This document shows positions 1 through 9,826 of a DNA stretch of 64,000 nt, piece by piece. Both the position numbers and the translations under genes were made by a program. The DNA lies in assembly GCA_041690135.1 (NCBI GenBank), contig JAWLHY010000007.1, positions 32,001-96,000 of the forward strand, read 5' to 3'. The first letter of the stretch is position 1, and each line of letters starts with the position of its first letter. The notes beneath the pieces were generated by a model. The model was not told the DNA's origin. It saw only the letters and a list, made by a program, of their open reading frames with translations, and did no database searches. This DNA is from Armatimonadota bacterium (GTDB taxonomy: Bacteria; Armatimonadota; SYMT01).

Positions 1-8
1 GAACCCAG

Positions 9-1379
9 ATGAGGATCCGCTATGCATGGGCGCTTGCAGGTCTTTCCCTGCTTGCCGTGCAGTCAGCGTCATTGGCGCAGGCCATCCCTCCGGATGAAGT
101 TCCCGGCGGTGCCGTGCCCGGCCAGGCCATTCCGGGACTTCCCGGACTGCAGGGGGCCTTCTCGCCGCCTCCGCCCATCCGCGCGGGCCAGCCTATCAGC
201 GTGCTCGTCTTTCCATTTGGGCTCGCCGGCGGCATGGAAGCTGCGGCTCCACCGCCGGGCGAAGCGGCGCCCGTTGCGCCTGGGGAAGCTGTTGAACCGG
301 GCGCTGCTGATGCCGCTTCCGGTAGCCAACTGACACCGGAACAGCAGGAGTTGGTGAACCAGTTGACGGCCGCTGTTAAGGCCGGGTTCTTGTCGACGCC
401 GGCGTATTCGGTTGCCACGTACCACCCGCAGTCTTCGCTCGTGCTCCGCGCACGCAAGGACGAGATTCTGCGGCCCGAGCATCTGGAAGGGCTCGTATCG
501 CCCACAGGTGCGGTTGATGCCGAGCGCGCGCGCGCAATCGCCTATCGGCTTGGAATGCAGACGATCCTGGTGGGAACCGTCGATGTGCAAGCCGAACCGA
601 TGGCCAACGCGGTGGAACTCACGGTCGATGCACAGTTACTTGACAGCACGACCGGCAAAGCGCTGAAAACTGCGGCGGTGGGCGGCTCGGCCAAGGGCGT
701 AGAAGGCGTACCCATGACGGCCGTTCAGGAGCGGGCCGCGATGGAAGCCGCTCAACGAATGCTGCCCGCTCTGGGTATTCAGCTCGTCTTGCCGAAGAGC
801 GGAAACGCGCAGCAGAATGAGCGGTCGAACGCATCCGCCGGAAAGCCAACGCAGGAACGGCGGGCCGCAGCGCGCGCGGCGGCGAAGGCCGAGAGAGAAG
901 CTGCCGAAAAGGCGAGGGCCGCAGCCCGAACGGCTGAACGCGAGCGAAAGAAGCAGGAAGCGGCGGCGGAGAAGGCTCGCAAAGAGAGCGAAAAGAAGGC
1001 CCGTCAGAAGCCCACTTCCGCCCGAAGAGAGGAGCCCGAGCCTGCCGTCGTGGCCTCCGCGCCCGAGAAGCCGAAATTGCTGGCGCAGAACACACCTGCC
1101 CCCGCACAGCCTGTCCCTGCCCCTGCGGCGCCGACGGCTCCCGCTACCGGAACGGCGCCCGCCGCACCGGAAGAAGGCCCGACCGTCATGCCGATGGGGA
1201 CGGGAACGGGTACCGTTCAGGGCGTTGCGGACCCGCAAGGCCGCCCGGTGCCTTACGGCTATGCGACCAACGACAGGCAGGAGAGCGCTCTGCCGCGACG
1301 TCAGCGCAGCGGGCTGCGGGTTCCCCCCTGGCTCGGGCTGGTCGGTTTCCTGGCGGGTGTCGGTTTCCTACTGAACTGA
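9..1379 (+). CDS. Exported protein: signal peptide, CsgG/TolB-N-like alpha/beta domain, Ala/Lys/Glu/Arg coiled coil, Pro-rich linker, C-terminal hydrophobic tail
   Basis: Signal peptide ending ASLA-QA; ISVLVFPFG...QTILVGTV...QLLDSTTGK pattern typical of CsgG-like folds; C-terminal WLGLVGFLAGVGFLL. Confidence 0.6.
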   Translation: MRIRYAWALAGLSLLAVQSASLAQAIPPDEVPGGAVPGQAIPGLPGLQGAFSPPPPIRAGQPISVLVFPFGLAGGMEAAAPPPGEAAPVAPGEAVEPGAADAASGSQLTPEQQELVNQLTAAVKAGFLSTPAYSVATYHPQSSLVLRARKDEILRPEHLEGLVSPTGAVDAERARAIAYRLGMQTILVGTVDVQAEPMANAVELTVDAQLLDSTTGKALKTAAVGGSAKGVEGVPMTAVQERAAMEAAQRMLPALGIQLVLPKSGNAQQNERSNASAGKPTQERRAAARAAAKAEREAAEKARAAARTAERERKKQEAAAEKARKESEKKARQKPTSARREEPEPAVVASAPEKPKLLAQNTPAPAQPVPAPAAPTAPATGTAPAAPEEGPTVMPMGTGTGTVQGVADPQGRPVPYGYATNDRQESALPRRQRSGLRVPPWLGLVGFLAGVGFLLN

Positions 1380-1461
1380 GCCGGCGATCCGAATTCCAGA
1401 CGACGAGCGCAATGAACGCAAGGGATGGGTCAATTGACCCATCCCTTTTCTCTTGTGGACC

Positions 1462-3093
1462 ATGAGTGAACCAATTCCAGTGGACGCGGTCAGCGTCGAG
1501 GTCTTCAGGCATCTTTTCATCTCCATCGCAGAAGAGATGGGAGTCACCCTCGAACGCACTGCCTATTCGCCAAACATCAAGGAACGCCGCGACCATTCTT
1601 GCGCGGTGTTCGACGCCCGCGGCCACCTTCTAGCGCAGGCCGCTCATATTCCCGTGCACCTCGGTGCGTTCCCGCTCTTGATGGAAGCGGTGGTACCACT
1701 TTTCACGTGGGAGCCCGGCGACACCATCATTTGCAACGATCCTTTCGTCGGCGGTACACACCTGCCCGACGTTAGTCTCGTTGCCCCCGTCTTTGCACGC
1801 ACGGGAAGCCTGGCGGGTTTTGTGGCAAACCGGGCGCACCACGCGGACATTGGAGGAGCCTTTCCCGGTTCCATGGGACCGAGCCGTGAGGTTTACCAGG
1901 AGGGAGTCATCATTCCTCCGCTCCAGTTGTGTCGGGCGGGTGTGCGCAACGACGCCGTCGTTGCTCTCATTTGTCGGAACGTCCGTACTCCCCTGGAGCG
2001 CCGGGGAGACCTGGCAGCACAATTGTCGGCGAATGCTACCGGTGCGGCACGTTTCGAAGAACTCCTCGCGCAGTACGGTGCTGCAGCCGTCGATGAACAC
2101 GGACGCGCGCTGCAGGTACGGGCGCAGAAAGCAGTGGAGTCCCTACTTGAGGCGTTCCCGTCCGGCCGGTTTTCCTTTGTTGATCACCTGGACGATGATG
2201 GCCACGGCAGTGGTCCTTTGCCCATAGCCGTCACTGTTCAGGTGGTGGATGGCCGGCTCTGCTTCGACTTCGAGGGGACGGCCGAGCAGTCCATCGGGCC
2301 GATCAATGCCACGCTGGCGGTGACCCACTCAGCGGTCTACTATGCGGTGATTTGCCTGCTCGGTGAGGATGTACCTATCAACCAGGGCGCCTTCGTGCCG
2401 GTGGAAATACATGCTCCGCCAGGGTCACTCGTAAATGCCCAGGCGCCGGCAGCGGTTGCCGCCGGTAACGTGGAAACCAGCCAGCGCATCGCGGATGCCG
2501 TCTTTGGCGCCCTCGCCCGTGCACTGCCGGAGCGGATTGCGGCGGCCAGCCAGGGCACAATGAACAACATCACTCTGGGTGGATGGGACCCCCGCTCCGG
2601 CACACCGTGGGCATACTATGAGACGCTGGGCGGGGGAATTGGCGCCGGTCCGGAGTATGACGGCGCTTCCGGTGTCCACTGCCATATGAGCAACACCCGC
2701 AACACTCCGGTCGAGGCCCTCGAATACCACTATCCGCTCCGGGTGCGGAGCTACGCATTGCGAGCCGGTTCCGGGGGTATGGGCAAGCACTGGGGCGGGG
2801 AGGGAGTGATCCGCGAACTGGAGTTGCTCGCCGATACCACGGTGACCCTCTTGAGCGAGCGGCGCGTCCTATCGCCGTATGGCCTGGAGGGCGGCCAGCC
2901 CGCTCAGCCGGGACTCAACCAGGTGAAACGGGGCAACGGCTGGGAAACTTTACCCGCGAAGTTCTCATTGCCGCTGAAGGCGGGCGACCGCTTCAAAGTC
3001 TCGACGCCGGGAGGGGGAGGCTGGGGTGTCCCTCCCGATGGCGAGAGCTTCGCACTCAACGGACCGAACTTGCCAGATGTTTCGACCGAGTGA
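1462..3093 (+). CDS. Hydantoinase B/oxoprolinase family protein
   Basis: [58 protein letters not shown]; ATG at 1462 chosen over TTG 1453. Confidence 0.93.
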   Translation: MSEPIPVDAVSVEVFRHLFISIAEEMGVTLERTAYSPNIKERRDHSCAVFDARGHLLAQAAHIPVHLGAFPLLMEAVVPLFTWEPGDTIICNDPFVGGTHLPDVSLVAPVFARTGSLAGFVANRAHHADIGGAFPGSMGPSREVYQEGVIIPPLQLCRAGVRNDAVVALICRNVRTPLERRGDLAAQLSANATGAARFEELLAQYGAAAVDEHGRALQVRAQKAVESLLEAFPSGRFSFVDHLDDDGHGSGPLPIAVTVQVVDGRLCFDFEGTAEQSIGPINATLAVTHSAVYYAVICLLGEDVPINQGAFVPVEIHAPPGSLVNAQAPAAVAAGNVETSQRIADAVFGALARALPERIAAASQGTMNNITLGGWDPRSGTPWAYYETLGGGIGAGPEYDGASGVHCHMSNTRNTPVEALEYHYPLRVRSYALRAGSGGMGKHWGGEGVIRELELLADTTVTLLSERRVLSPYGLEGGQPAQPGLNQVKRGNGWETLPAKFSLPLKAGDRFKVSTPGGGGWGVPPDGESFALNGPNLPDVSTE

Positions 3094-4021
3094 CCCGCCG
3101 CACCCGTTCCTCGTTGTCGATCAGTACGAATTCGCCGTTCCGCTCCTTGAGATGACGCGCGGTACGCGTAAGCATTGCCAGCGCATCCGCGGAGACTACG
3201 AGGAGGCCCGATACGTCCACCACCAGCCGCCGATAGCCGCGCGCAATCAACGCGTGGCAGATTTTCTCGCCTCGCAGTGAGCCGGCTGCGTCGATGCGTC
3301 CCTGGAATTGTAGTCGGACAGCACGCCCGTCGCCGCCGGCTTCCACGTGGATGCTCAAGCTGCTGTGCTTTCGTAGAGGGCGTGCGGAGGCCAGGGAACG
3401 CGGCCCTTCCCGGCGGTACTCAAGAGCGGGCAGATTCAGGGCCCAGAGTTCCTCGCTCGCGTCCAACTGGTCTCGGGCGGTCCACGCCCGTCGCAGCGGC
3501 GACTCCAGGAAGTGCCAGATGCCGTCTTCCGTGTCAAAATCAATCCGGCAGATCGCCCACCGGCCATCGTCCGATTGGCTTCCACGAAGGCGGGTTGTTC
3601 CGGGAGCGGCAAGTGCTCGCAGGGCGTAATCGCTGTCTCGCGACCTGGACGTTTCCCGAGGCTCACGATGCCGGCAGAGGCGAAGGAGGGTGGCGTTGCC
3701 GTCGGAGCCGGACAGTCGGCGATCAAAAGCACCCGGCAGGCACTGTGGCTCGGTCGCGGAAAAGCCATGCGTGGCGGCCAGTTGGATCCAGTGCCGGAGT
3801 TCCTGATCGTCGGTGGCGGACAGCAGAGCGGCGCGACTTTCCCAGTCGATCAACACGAACAGTGCGTCCGGCGCTTCCAGCGTTTTGAAGGTCTGCCAGC
3901 GTCGGAACCCGGAGAGCGCACGAACGCGCCGTGCTGCCTTGACGAGGGAGCGGAGGGCCGGTCGTGGAGTGGAGCCGAATCCACGCAGAGAATCGATACG
4001 GACGAGCGCGGTTACATCCAT
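3056..4021 (-). CDS. Fusion of two ABM-like (dimeric alpha/beta barrel) domains and a C-terminal STAS domain
   Basis: SGF...APDALFVLIDWESRAA (ABM-like), APG...IDFDTED..HFLESP (second ABM-like), QGRIDAAGS...RLVVDVSGL...NGEFVL (STAS). Confidence 0.65.
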   Translation of the reverse strand: MDVTALVRIDSLRGFGSTPRPALRSLVKAARRVRALSGFRRWQTFKTLEAPDALFVLIDWESRAALLSATDDQELRHWIQLAATHGFSATEPQCLPGAFDRRLSGSDGNATLLRLCRHREPRETSRSRDSDYALRALAAPGTTRLRGSQSDDGRWAICRIDFDTEDGIWHFLESPLRRAWTARDQLDASEELWALNLPALEYRREGPRSLASARPLRKHSSLSIHVEAGGDGRAVRLQFQGRIDAAGSLRGEKICHALIARGYRRLVVDVSGLLVVSADALAMLTRTARHLKERNGEFVLIDNEERVRRVTRSKHLASSVR

Positions 4022-4217
4022 GGCTTGGTGCGCGTTTTCTGCATTGGCTGAAGCTGCCGGGTGGGACCGTCGAATGGAAGGAAGTCCGTGGTGGAGTTAA
4101 AAGACTGGCCGTTCGTCAGAATTCGCCATGGGTGATTATCGGCGGCTGTTTGATTGGCATGGAATCGACGTAGGCCAATCAAGCAGTCCGTGGTCTCTTC
4201 GCACCAAATTTCAACAG

Positions 4218-5222
4218 ATGCCGACATCCCAAGCAGGCAGTCCCAAAGCCATCGATCGTATTGTCCGTGCCTGGAGCCGACGCGAAACGCTTCTGGCTTA
4301 TCTCTTCCTGGCTCCGAGCGCCTTGATTCTGGGGCTGTTTGGCTTCTGGCCCCTGGTTCGCGCCTTTGTGCTCAGCTTCCGTGAATGGAGGCTTGCGCCT
4401 GGAGAATTCATCGGTCTTGCTAACTATCAGCGGGCGCTAACATCGGAGCCGGAGTTCTGGAGTTCCCTCGGTGTGACCGGCTTCTATGTCGTGGGCACGG
4501 TTCCCGCAATACTCCTGGGGGGTTATCTGCTTGCCGAGATGCTCCATTCGCGGATCCGCGGCCTGGCCTTTTACCGCACGCTCTTTTTCCTGCCGTATGT
4601 GGTGTCGCCCGTGGCGGCGGCGGCGGTGTGGAAGTGGATTTTCAATCCGAGCTTCGGCCTCGCCCCCGCGCTTCTGAAGCCGCTGGGTCTCGAGTGGCGT
4701 TTTCTAGGAGAGGCAAAGGGGGTGTTCGCGTTGCTGGGGGAAAGTGTAGGGGTGGGGGTTTCCGGTTGGATGGCCGGGCCGAGCCTGGCTCTCACTTGCA
4801 TTATCGGAGTCAGTGTCTGGCAAGGCATCGGTTTCGCCGTCGTAGTTTTGCTTGCCGGCCTTACCGCCGTACCCACAGAGATCCTGGAAGCCGCAAGGAT
4901 GGACGGTGCTGTCGGTTGGAAGCTGGCCTGGCGTGTGAAATTGCCCCTACTTTCTCCCACACTCTTCTTCTTGGTCATCATCTTCACCATCCGCGCGTTC
5001 CAGACGTTCACGCAGATCTATGTCTTGAGCGTGGATAATGCCGGTGGGCCCATGGGTTCCACTCGCAACATCACGCTCTACATCGTGCAGAGCTTCTATG
5101 ACAACGCACCTCGGCTGGGCCCCGGCTACGGGTGTGCGGTAGCCGTAATCCTCTTCGGTCTTGTGCTTGCGCTGACGTTGCTCCAGTTTCGCGTGCTCGG
5201 TCGCCGGGTGCACTACCAGTAA
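4218..5222 (+). CDS. Carbohydrate ABC transporter permease (UgpA/MalF-like)
   Basis: AYLFLAPS, FIGLANY, EAARMDGA EAA loop; ATG 4218 preferred. Confidence 0.92.
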   Translation: MPTSQAGSPKAIDRIVRAWSRRETLLAYLFLAPSALILGLFGFWPLVRAFVLSFREWRLAPGEFIGLANYQRALTSEPEFWSSLGVTGFYVVGTVPAILLGGYLLAEMLHSRIRGLAFYRTLFFLPYVVSPVAAAAVWKWIFNPSFGLAPALLKPLGLEWRFLGEAKGVFALLGESVGVGVSGWMAGPSLALTCIIGVSVWQGIGFAVVVLLAGLTAVPTEILEAARMDGAVGWKLAWRVKLPLLSPTLFFLVIIFTIRAFQTFTQIYVLSVDNAGGPMGSTRNITLYIVQSFYDNAPRLGPGYGCAVAVILFGLVLALTLLQFRVLGRRVHYQ

Positions 5223-6080
5223 ATGCCAGTTCCGCCCTCGAAAAACTCAAGCTGGTATGGGTGGAGGCGAAGCGCCGCCCGAACCGCGGTCCATGGGCTT
5301 CTTCTCGTGGCGGGGGCGGTTACCGCCTTTCCTTTCTTCTGGATGGTATTGACCTCACTGAAAACGCTGGCGGAAACCACGGCCATCCCGCCCACACTAT
5401 TCCCCGCGGCCCCCCAGTGGGAGAACTACAGTGAAGCGTGGGAGGCGGCCCCGTTCGGAAGGTACTTTGCCAACACACTCCTGGTGGCAGGATCGGTGAC
5501 GGCCCTAGTCACGATGACCGCGCTACTGGCGGGATATGCTTTCGGGCAACTGGAATTTCCCGGCCGGCGAGCAATGTTCGCCCTCTATCTCGCCACGATG
5601 ATGATCCCATTCGAAGTTGTCATGATCCCTAACTTCCTGACGGTAAACCAGCTGGGATGGTTCGATACCTATCAGGCGATGGTGCTTCCGTGGGGGGCTA
5701 ATGTGTTCTCGGTGTTTCTGCTGACCCAATTCTTCCGCTCACTCCCACGCGATTTTTTTGAAGCCGCCCAGTTGGACGGATCGGGTCACTGGCAGTATCT
5801 GTGGAGGATCGCGGCCCCACTGGCCCGGCCGGCACTCTCGACCGCCGGGCTGTTCGCATTCCTGGGGAGTTGGAATGCGCTTCTATGGCCGTTATTGGTA
5901 ACAAAACGCGAAGAAATTCGGCCCATTGAGTTCGGGCTGCAATACTTCATGCAGCAGGAAGGGCCGAGCCCCAACCTCCTCATGGCCGCATCCACCCTGG
6001 CAATGATTCCAATTGTGCTGCTCTTTCTGCTGACCCAAAGGACCTTCATCGAAGGCGTGGCAGCGGGAGTGAAAGGTTAG
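5223..6080 (+). CDS. Carbohydrate ABC transporter permease (UgpE/MalG-like)
   Basis: PFFWMVLTSLKT, WENY, EAAQLDG, QRTFIEG..GVKG; starts immediately after previous stop. Confidence 0.93.
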   Translation: MPVPPSKNSSWYGWRRSAARTAVHGLLLVAGAVTAFPFFWMVLTSLKTLAETTAIPPTLFPAAPQWENYSEAWEAAPFGRYFANTLLVAGSVTALVTMTALLAGYAFGQLEFPGRRAMFALYLATMMIPFEVVMIPNFLTVNQLGWFDTYQAMVLPWGANVFSVFLLTQFFRSLPRDFFEAAQLDGSGHWQYLWRIAAPLARPALSTAGLFAFLGSWNALLWPLLVTKREEIRPIEFGLQYFMQQEGPSPNLLMAASTLAMIPIVLLFLLTQRTFIEGVAAGVKG

Positions 6081-6087
6081 GGACCCC

Positions 6088-7407
6088 ATGAAGGCACCCA
6101 CGATCAATATTTCGCGTCGGTTGGCCGTTGCCGCATCGGCCTTTATTCTTCTCGGCTGTGGCGGCGGCAGGCCTTCCGGGCCGACCCCTTCGACGGCTGG
6201 GCAGGGTGGGAACGCCATGCGGCTGGAGTTCTGGCATACGCGCCGCCAGGCGCAGGAGGAGACGCTGAAGGCGATCTGCGCGGACTATGGTCGTGCTCAT
6301 CCCGGTGTCATCGTCGAACCGATTTACCAGGGAGGCTACGACGACCTGAACAAGAAGACGCGGGCTGCGATCCAGGCCAGGGCTCTGCCCGCCTTAAGCG
6401 TTGCGTACGAAAGTCACGTGTCCGAGTACATGGCCAATGAGGTCATCCGGCCCCTGGATGACCTTATCGAGGATTCGGAAGTGGGCCTCCCCGCGGATGA
6501 GTTGGCGGATATCCCGGACCAGTACATCAGCACGAACCGGTTTCCGCAGTTCGGCAACCAGTTACTCTCGTTCCCCTTCACCAAGAGCAACCTGGTGCTT
6601 TACTACAACACGACGCTGTTGAAAAAGGCCGGGTTCAACGGGCCTCCCGCAACCTGGGACGAGTTTGAGCAGCAAGCCGCAGCGGTAACGCGCAGCAACG
6701 GCAAGCCGGCCTATGCCTTCACCGTGGACGCCTCCACGCTGGACGGGATGATCTATTCGCATGGGGGAGAGGTTTACGACCCGAAGGGCCGCGCCACGTT
6801 GTTCGATCGCGAGCCGACGGTTAGGACATTTGACCGGCTTGCCCGGTTGGCGGGAGCGGGCTCCCTGCAACTCGCGGAAGGCGACGATGCCGGCAACCTC
6901 TTCGTGGCGCAGTCAGCCGCCTTCATCATGGACACCAGTGCGGGCCGTTCCTATCTCGAAGAGCAAATCGGGGACCGCTTCGAGTGGGATGTGGCCGTTA
7001 TCCCGCATGCGGAGGGGGTGGAGCCGGTTACCGTGATGTACGGACCGAATGTTATCTTGTTCAAGTCGACAGCGGAACAGGAACGCGAAGCCTGGAAGTT
7101 CGTCAAGTACTTCACATCGCCGGAGGTCACCGCGCGTTGGGCACGGGACACGGGGTATTTGCCCGTCCGAGAATCCGCCGTACGTCTTCCGGAGATGCAG
7201 GAGTTCTACCGCAACAACCCGCGCGCCCGCCACGTGTATGAGATCCTCCCCATGGCTAAGGGGGAGCCGAATGTGGTAGGCTGGCAGGAGGTCCGCAAAC
7301 ACCTGGAGGATGCCGCCCGCCACGTTGTTTCCGGCGGAACTCCGCCCGCATCCGCTGCCGTTGATCTTAAGAGGAAGGCAGACCAGGCTCTGGCGCAGAG
7401 CCGGTAA
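6088..7407 (+). CDS. ABC transporter substrate-binding lipoprotein (UgpB-like)
   Basis: Lipobox LLGC, LEFWH, YQGGY, PFTKS..LYYN, PPATWDE, AWKFVKY, TGYLPVR. Confidence 0.9.
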   Translation: MKAPTINISRRLAVAASAFILLGCGGGRPSGPTPSTAGQGGNAMRLEFWHTRRQAQEETLKAICADYGRAHPGVIVEPIYQGGYDDLNKKTRAAIQARALPALSVAYESHVSEYMANEVIRPLDDLIEDSEVGLPADELADIPDQYISTNRFPQFGNQLLSFPFTKSNLVLYYNTTLLKKAGFNGPPATWDEFEQQAAAVTRSNGKPAYAFTVDASTLDGMIYSHGGEVYDPKGRATLFDREPTVRTFDRLARLAGAGSLQLAEGDDAGNLFVAQSAAFIMDTSAGRSYLEEQIGDRFEWDVAVIPHAEGVEPVTVMYGPNVILFKSTAEQEREAWKFVKYFTSPEVTARWARDTGYLPVRESAVRLPEMQEFYRNNPRARHVYEILPMAKGEPNVVGWQEVRKHLEDAARHVVSGGTPPASAAVDLKRKADQALAQSR

Positions 7408-7432
7408 CAGTTGGATGCGCGTGGGATAAGAT

Positions 7433-8611
7433 GTGAAAACGATGGATTTGCTGCTGACAGTTCGCGCCTGGCTTTCAAACTTCACCGAAGGGCTGGCAAA
7501 CCTCACCGTAAAGAGCGTGCTCATGGCGGTGGGGGTGATGCTCTTGATTCTGGTGGTGCGCCGGTTGACCGAAACACGGAACCGTCACCACGACTGGGTG
7601 GTGGAGAACGTACAGGTCGTCCTCTCGGTAGTGGTCGTGGTGTTCCTCATCATTCGCCCGTTCCTCTTTCAGGCGTTCTACATCCCCTCCGGCTCGATGG
7701 AACCGACCTTAATGGGGCCGGTGAACGTAGGTGGAACCGGTGACCGACTCCTCGTCAATAAACTGGTCTACCGGGTGTCGGACCCCGATCGGTTCGACAT
7801 TGCCGTGTTCAAGGCGCCCCCTGTCGCTTCGCCCGACGAGAAGGAATTCATCAAGCGCGTGATCGGGCTTCCCGGCGAAACGATCGAGGTTGTTCCTCCG
7901 CGCGTCCTCGTGGATGGTAAGCCGGTGCTGCGGATGACCAGCGAAGGGGACACGGAGGGCGTGTTGCAGGTCAGCCGGGATTCCCTTACGCCGAAGATCC
8001 AGGAGAACCAGGTCGAGATCGATGCCATCTTCCCCAGCTACACCAACGCCGGGGTGGTAATCATGGCCCGGCCGGATGCCGCCGTGGTGAATGAGGGTTA
8101 CCGCGTTCTGGTGGACGGACGGGTGGTGCTAGAAGACGGCTCGGGCCGTATCCAGGAAGACCGTCGCGATACGCACTCGCTCTCGGCCTATGGCTGGGAC
8201 CCAAAGCTGGAAGGCCGTGTATTCAGCATTGATGGGGAACCCCGGTTAGCCGTGGTCAGTGGAAAGAAGCTGACCCTGGACCCCGGGCATGTCTTGATCA
8301 ACGGCAAAACCCGCCTGAAAGAACCGTATATCAAAGAGGCGCCGCGCTACGCGTTGCAGCCGCAGAAGCTGGGTCCCAACATGTATTTCATGATGGGTGA
8401 CAACCGGAACAATAGCAACGACAGCCATAGCTGGGGACCCCTTGAACGGGATCGGATCATCGGACGTGCCGAAATCCTCTTCTGGCCAGTCAGTCGCATC
8501 AATATCCTGCACTGGTGGCTGTTGAGCGTGATGGGATGCCTCTTCGTGGCCTACTACTGGGTGCAGCGATGGTTTGCCGGAGCCAGGTTCGCGCAGTCGC
8601 AGCCACAGTAA
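7433..8611 (+). CDS. lepB: Signal peptidase I with expanded beta-domain and extra C-terminal TM helix
   Basis: IPSGSMEPTL (catalytic Ser), FIKRVIGLPGE (catalytic Lys), GDNRNNSNDS; start GTG 7433 or ATG 7442. Confidence 0.95.
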   Translation: MKTMDLLLTVRAWLSNFTEGLANLTVKSVLMAVGVMLLILVVRRLTETRNRHHDWVVENVQVVLSVVVVVFLIIRPFLFQAFYIPSGSMEPTLMGPVNVGGTGDRLLVNKLVYRVSDPDRFDIAVFKAPPVASPDEKEFIKRVIGLPGETIEVVPPRVLVDGKPVLRMTSEGDTEGVLQVSRDSLTPKIQENQVEIDAIFPSYTNAGVVIMARPDAAVVNEGYRVLVDGRVVLEDGSGRIQEDRRDTHSLSAYGWDPKLEGRVFSIDGEPRLAVVSGKKLTLDPGHVLINGKTRLKEPYIKEAPRYALQPQKLGPNMYFMMGDNRNNSNDSHSWGPLERDRIIGRAEILFWPVSRINILHWWLLSVMGCLFVAYYWVQRWFAGARFAQSQPQ

Positions 8612-8632
8612 TTGTTTCCGCTGAATGCTGGT

Positions 8633-9373
8633 ATGAGTGAGAACGAGGCCACAAAACCGTGGGACGATCCCGCGTGGCTCGGGCGGGTCGCCGAATTCGC
8701 GCGCCAACTGGGGCTCGCATCGGAACGGGAGATGCTGCTCCGCCAGGCACTCACCCATCGCAGCCTTTCGGAAGAGGCTCCCTACGGCGACAACGAACGG
8801 CTCGAGTTTCTGGGCGACAGCGTACTGGCGCTGCTGGTCAACGACTTTCTCTTTCGAGAGTATCCGGAAGCCGCGGAAGGGGAGTTGACCAAGTTGAAGG
8901 CTCGCTACGTATGCGAACCCTCTCTCGCGCGCGCGGCAACCGAACTGCGTCTGGGTACGTTGCTCGCTATGGCCGTCAGTGATGAGGCAGCAGGGGGAAG
9001 GGAACGGCCCAGTGCCCTGAGTGACGCCTTTGAGGCGGTGCTGGCCGCCGTGTACCTTTGCCGGGGGCTGGAGGGAGCCCGGGAGTTCCTCCATCGTTCC
9101 CTGATCGCTCTGGTCGATCCCACCGAAGTGTGGGACTACAAGTCCCGTCTCCAGGAGTTGTATCAGGAAAAGAAGCGCACGACTCCGGTCTACCGCACCC
9201 TGATTGAAAGTGGCCCGGCTCACAACCGGATATTCTACAGCGAAGCGGTCGTGGGTGAGGAAGTGGTGGGGCGCGGCACCGGGAAGAGCAAAAAGCTGGC
9301 CGAACAGGCTGCGGCGGCGGACGCCTTGAAACGGTTTCGCGTGCCCGTCCAACAGCCGGAAGAGCGGCTCTGA
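8633..9373 (+). CDS. rnc: Ribonuclease III
   Basis: ALTHRS, NERLEFLGDSVL, DAFEA, dsRBD DYKSRLQE...GPAH...SKKLAEQ. Confidence 0.97.
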   Translation: MSENEATKPWDDPAWLGRVAEFARQLGLASEREMLLRQALTHRSLSEEAPYGDNERLEFLGDSVLALLVNDFLFREYPEAAEGELTKLKARYVCEPSLARAATELRLGTLLAMAVSDEAAGGRERPSALSDAFEAVLAAVYLCRGLEGAREFLHRSLIALVDPTEVWDYKSRLQELYQEKKRTTPVYRTLIESGPAHNRIFYSEAVVGEEVVGRGTGKSKKLAEQAAAADALKRFRVPVQQPEERL

Positions 9374-9379
9374 ATTGCG

Positions 9380-9405
9380 AAGAGCGCCCGCAGGGAGCGC
9401 TCTTT
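9380..9405 (+). terminator. Putative intrinsic terminator after rnc
   Basis: aagagcgc-loop-gcgctcttt stem right after the stop; short U tract. Confidence 0.55.
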
Positions 9406-9826
9406 GCCGGAATAACTATTCGGTTCTTCAGGACCACTGGTGAGGTGGAGGCTGGTTGACGGGTCTGCCGACCCACACTGCGGCCGGCGCCTTCGCTTCC
9501 TCACGCGGGACTGGGACCCATCGGCCTCACCTCCGCAGCAATCCGCGGCTGGTGCAGCCCTTCTTCCGACACTCGACGGCTAGCTGCGATCGTAACACGA
9601 GAACTAGCGGCCATCATTCGGCGGTCACGAGCATCGGTCTCAAAGAGCGGCACGAGCCACGGATCCAATGTTGGAACTGCCTTTCGGGCAGGTGCAGGAG
9701 TCCGGTGGGGTCATCAGTGGCACCTCCGTTTTGGCCTTCACGGGTTAGAAGCGGACCTCCCATCCCGAATTGCTGATTCCTACCACCCTGCGCCGCCGCG
9801 TAAACGCCTTTTCCCGGAAGTAAAGG

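Noticed and set aside
9420-9780. Short minus-strand ORFs with GGAGGT RBS-like sites (e.g. MTPPDSCTCPKG...)
   Set aside because: Only 6-24 codons with no recognisable family; could be a decayed gene but unsupported
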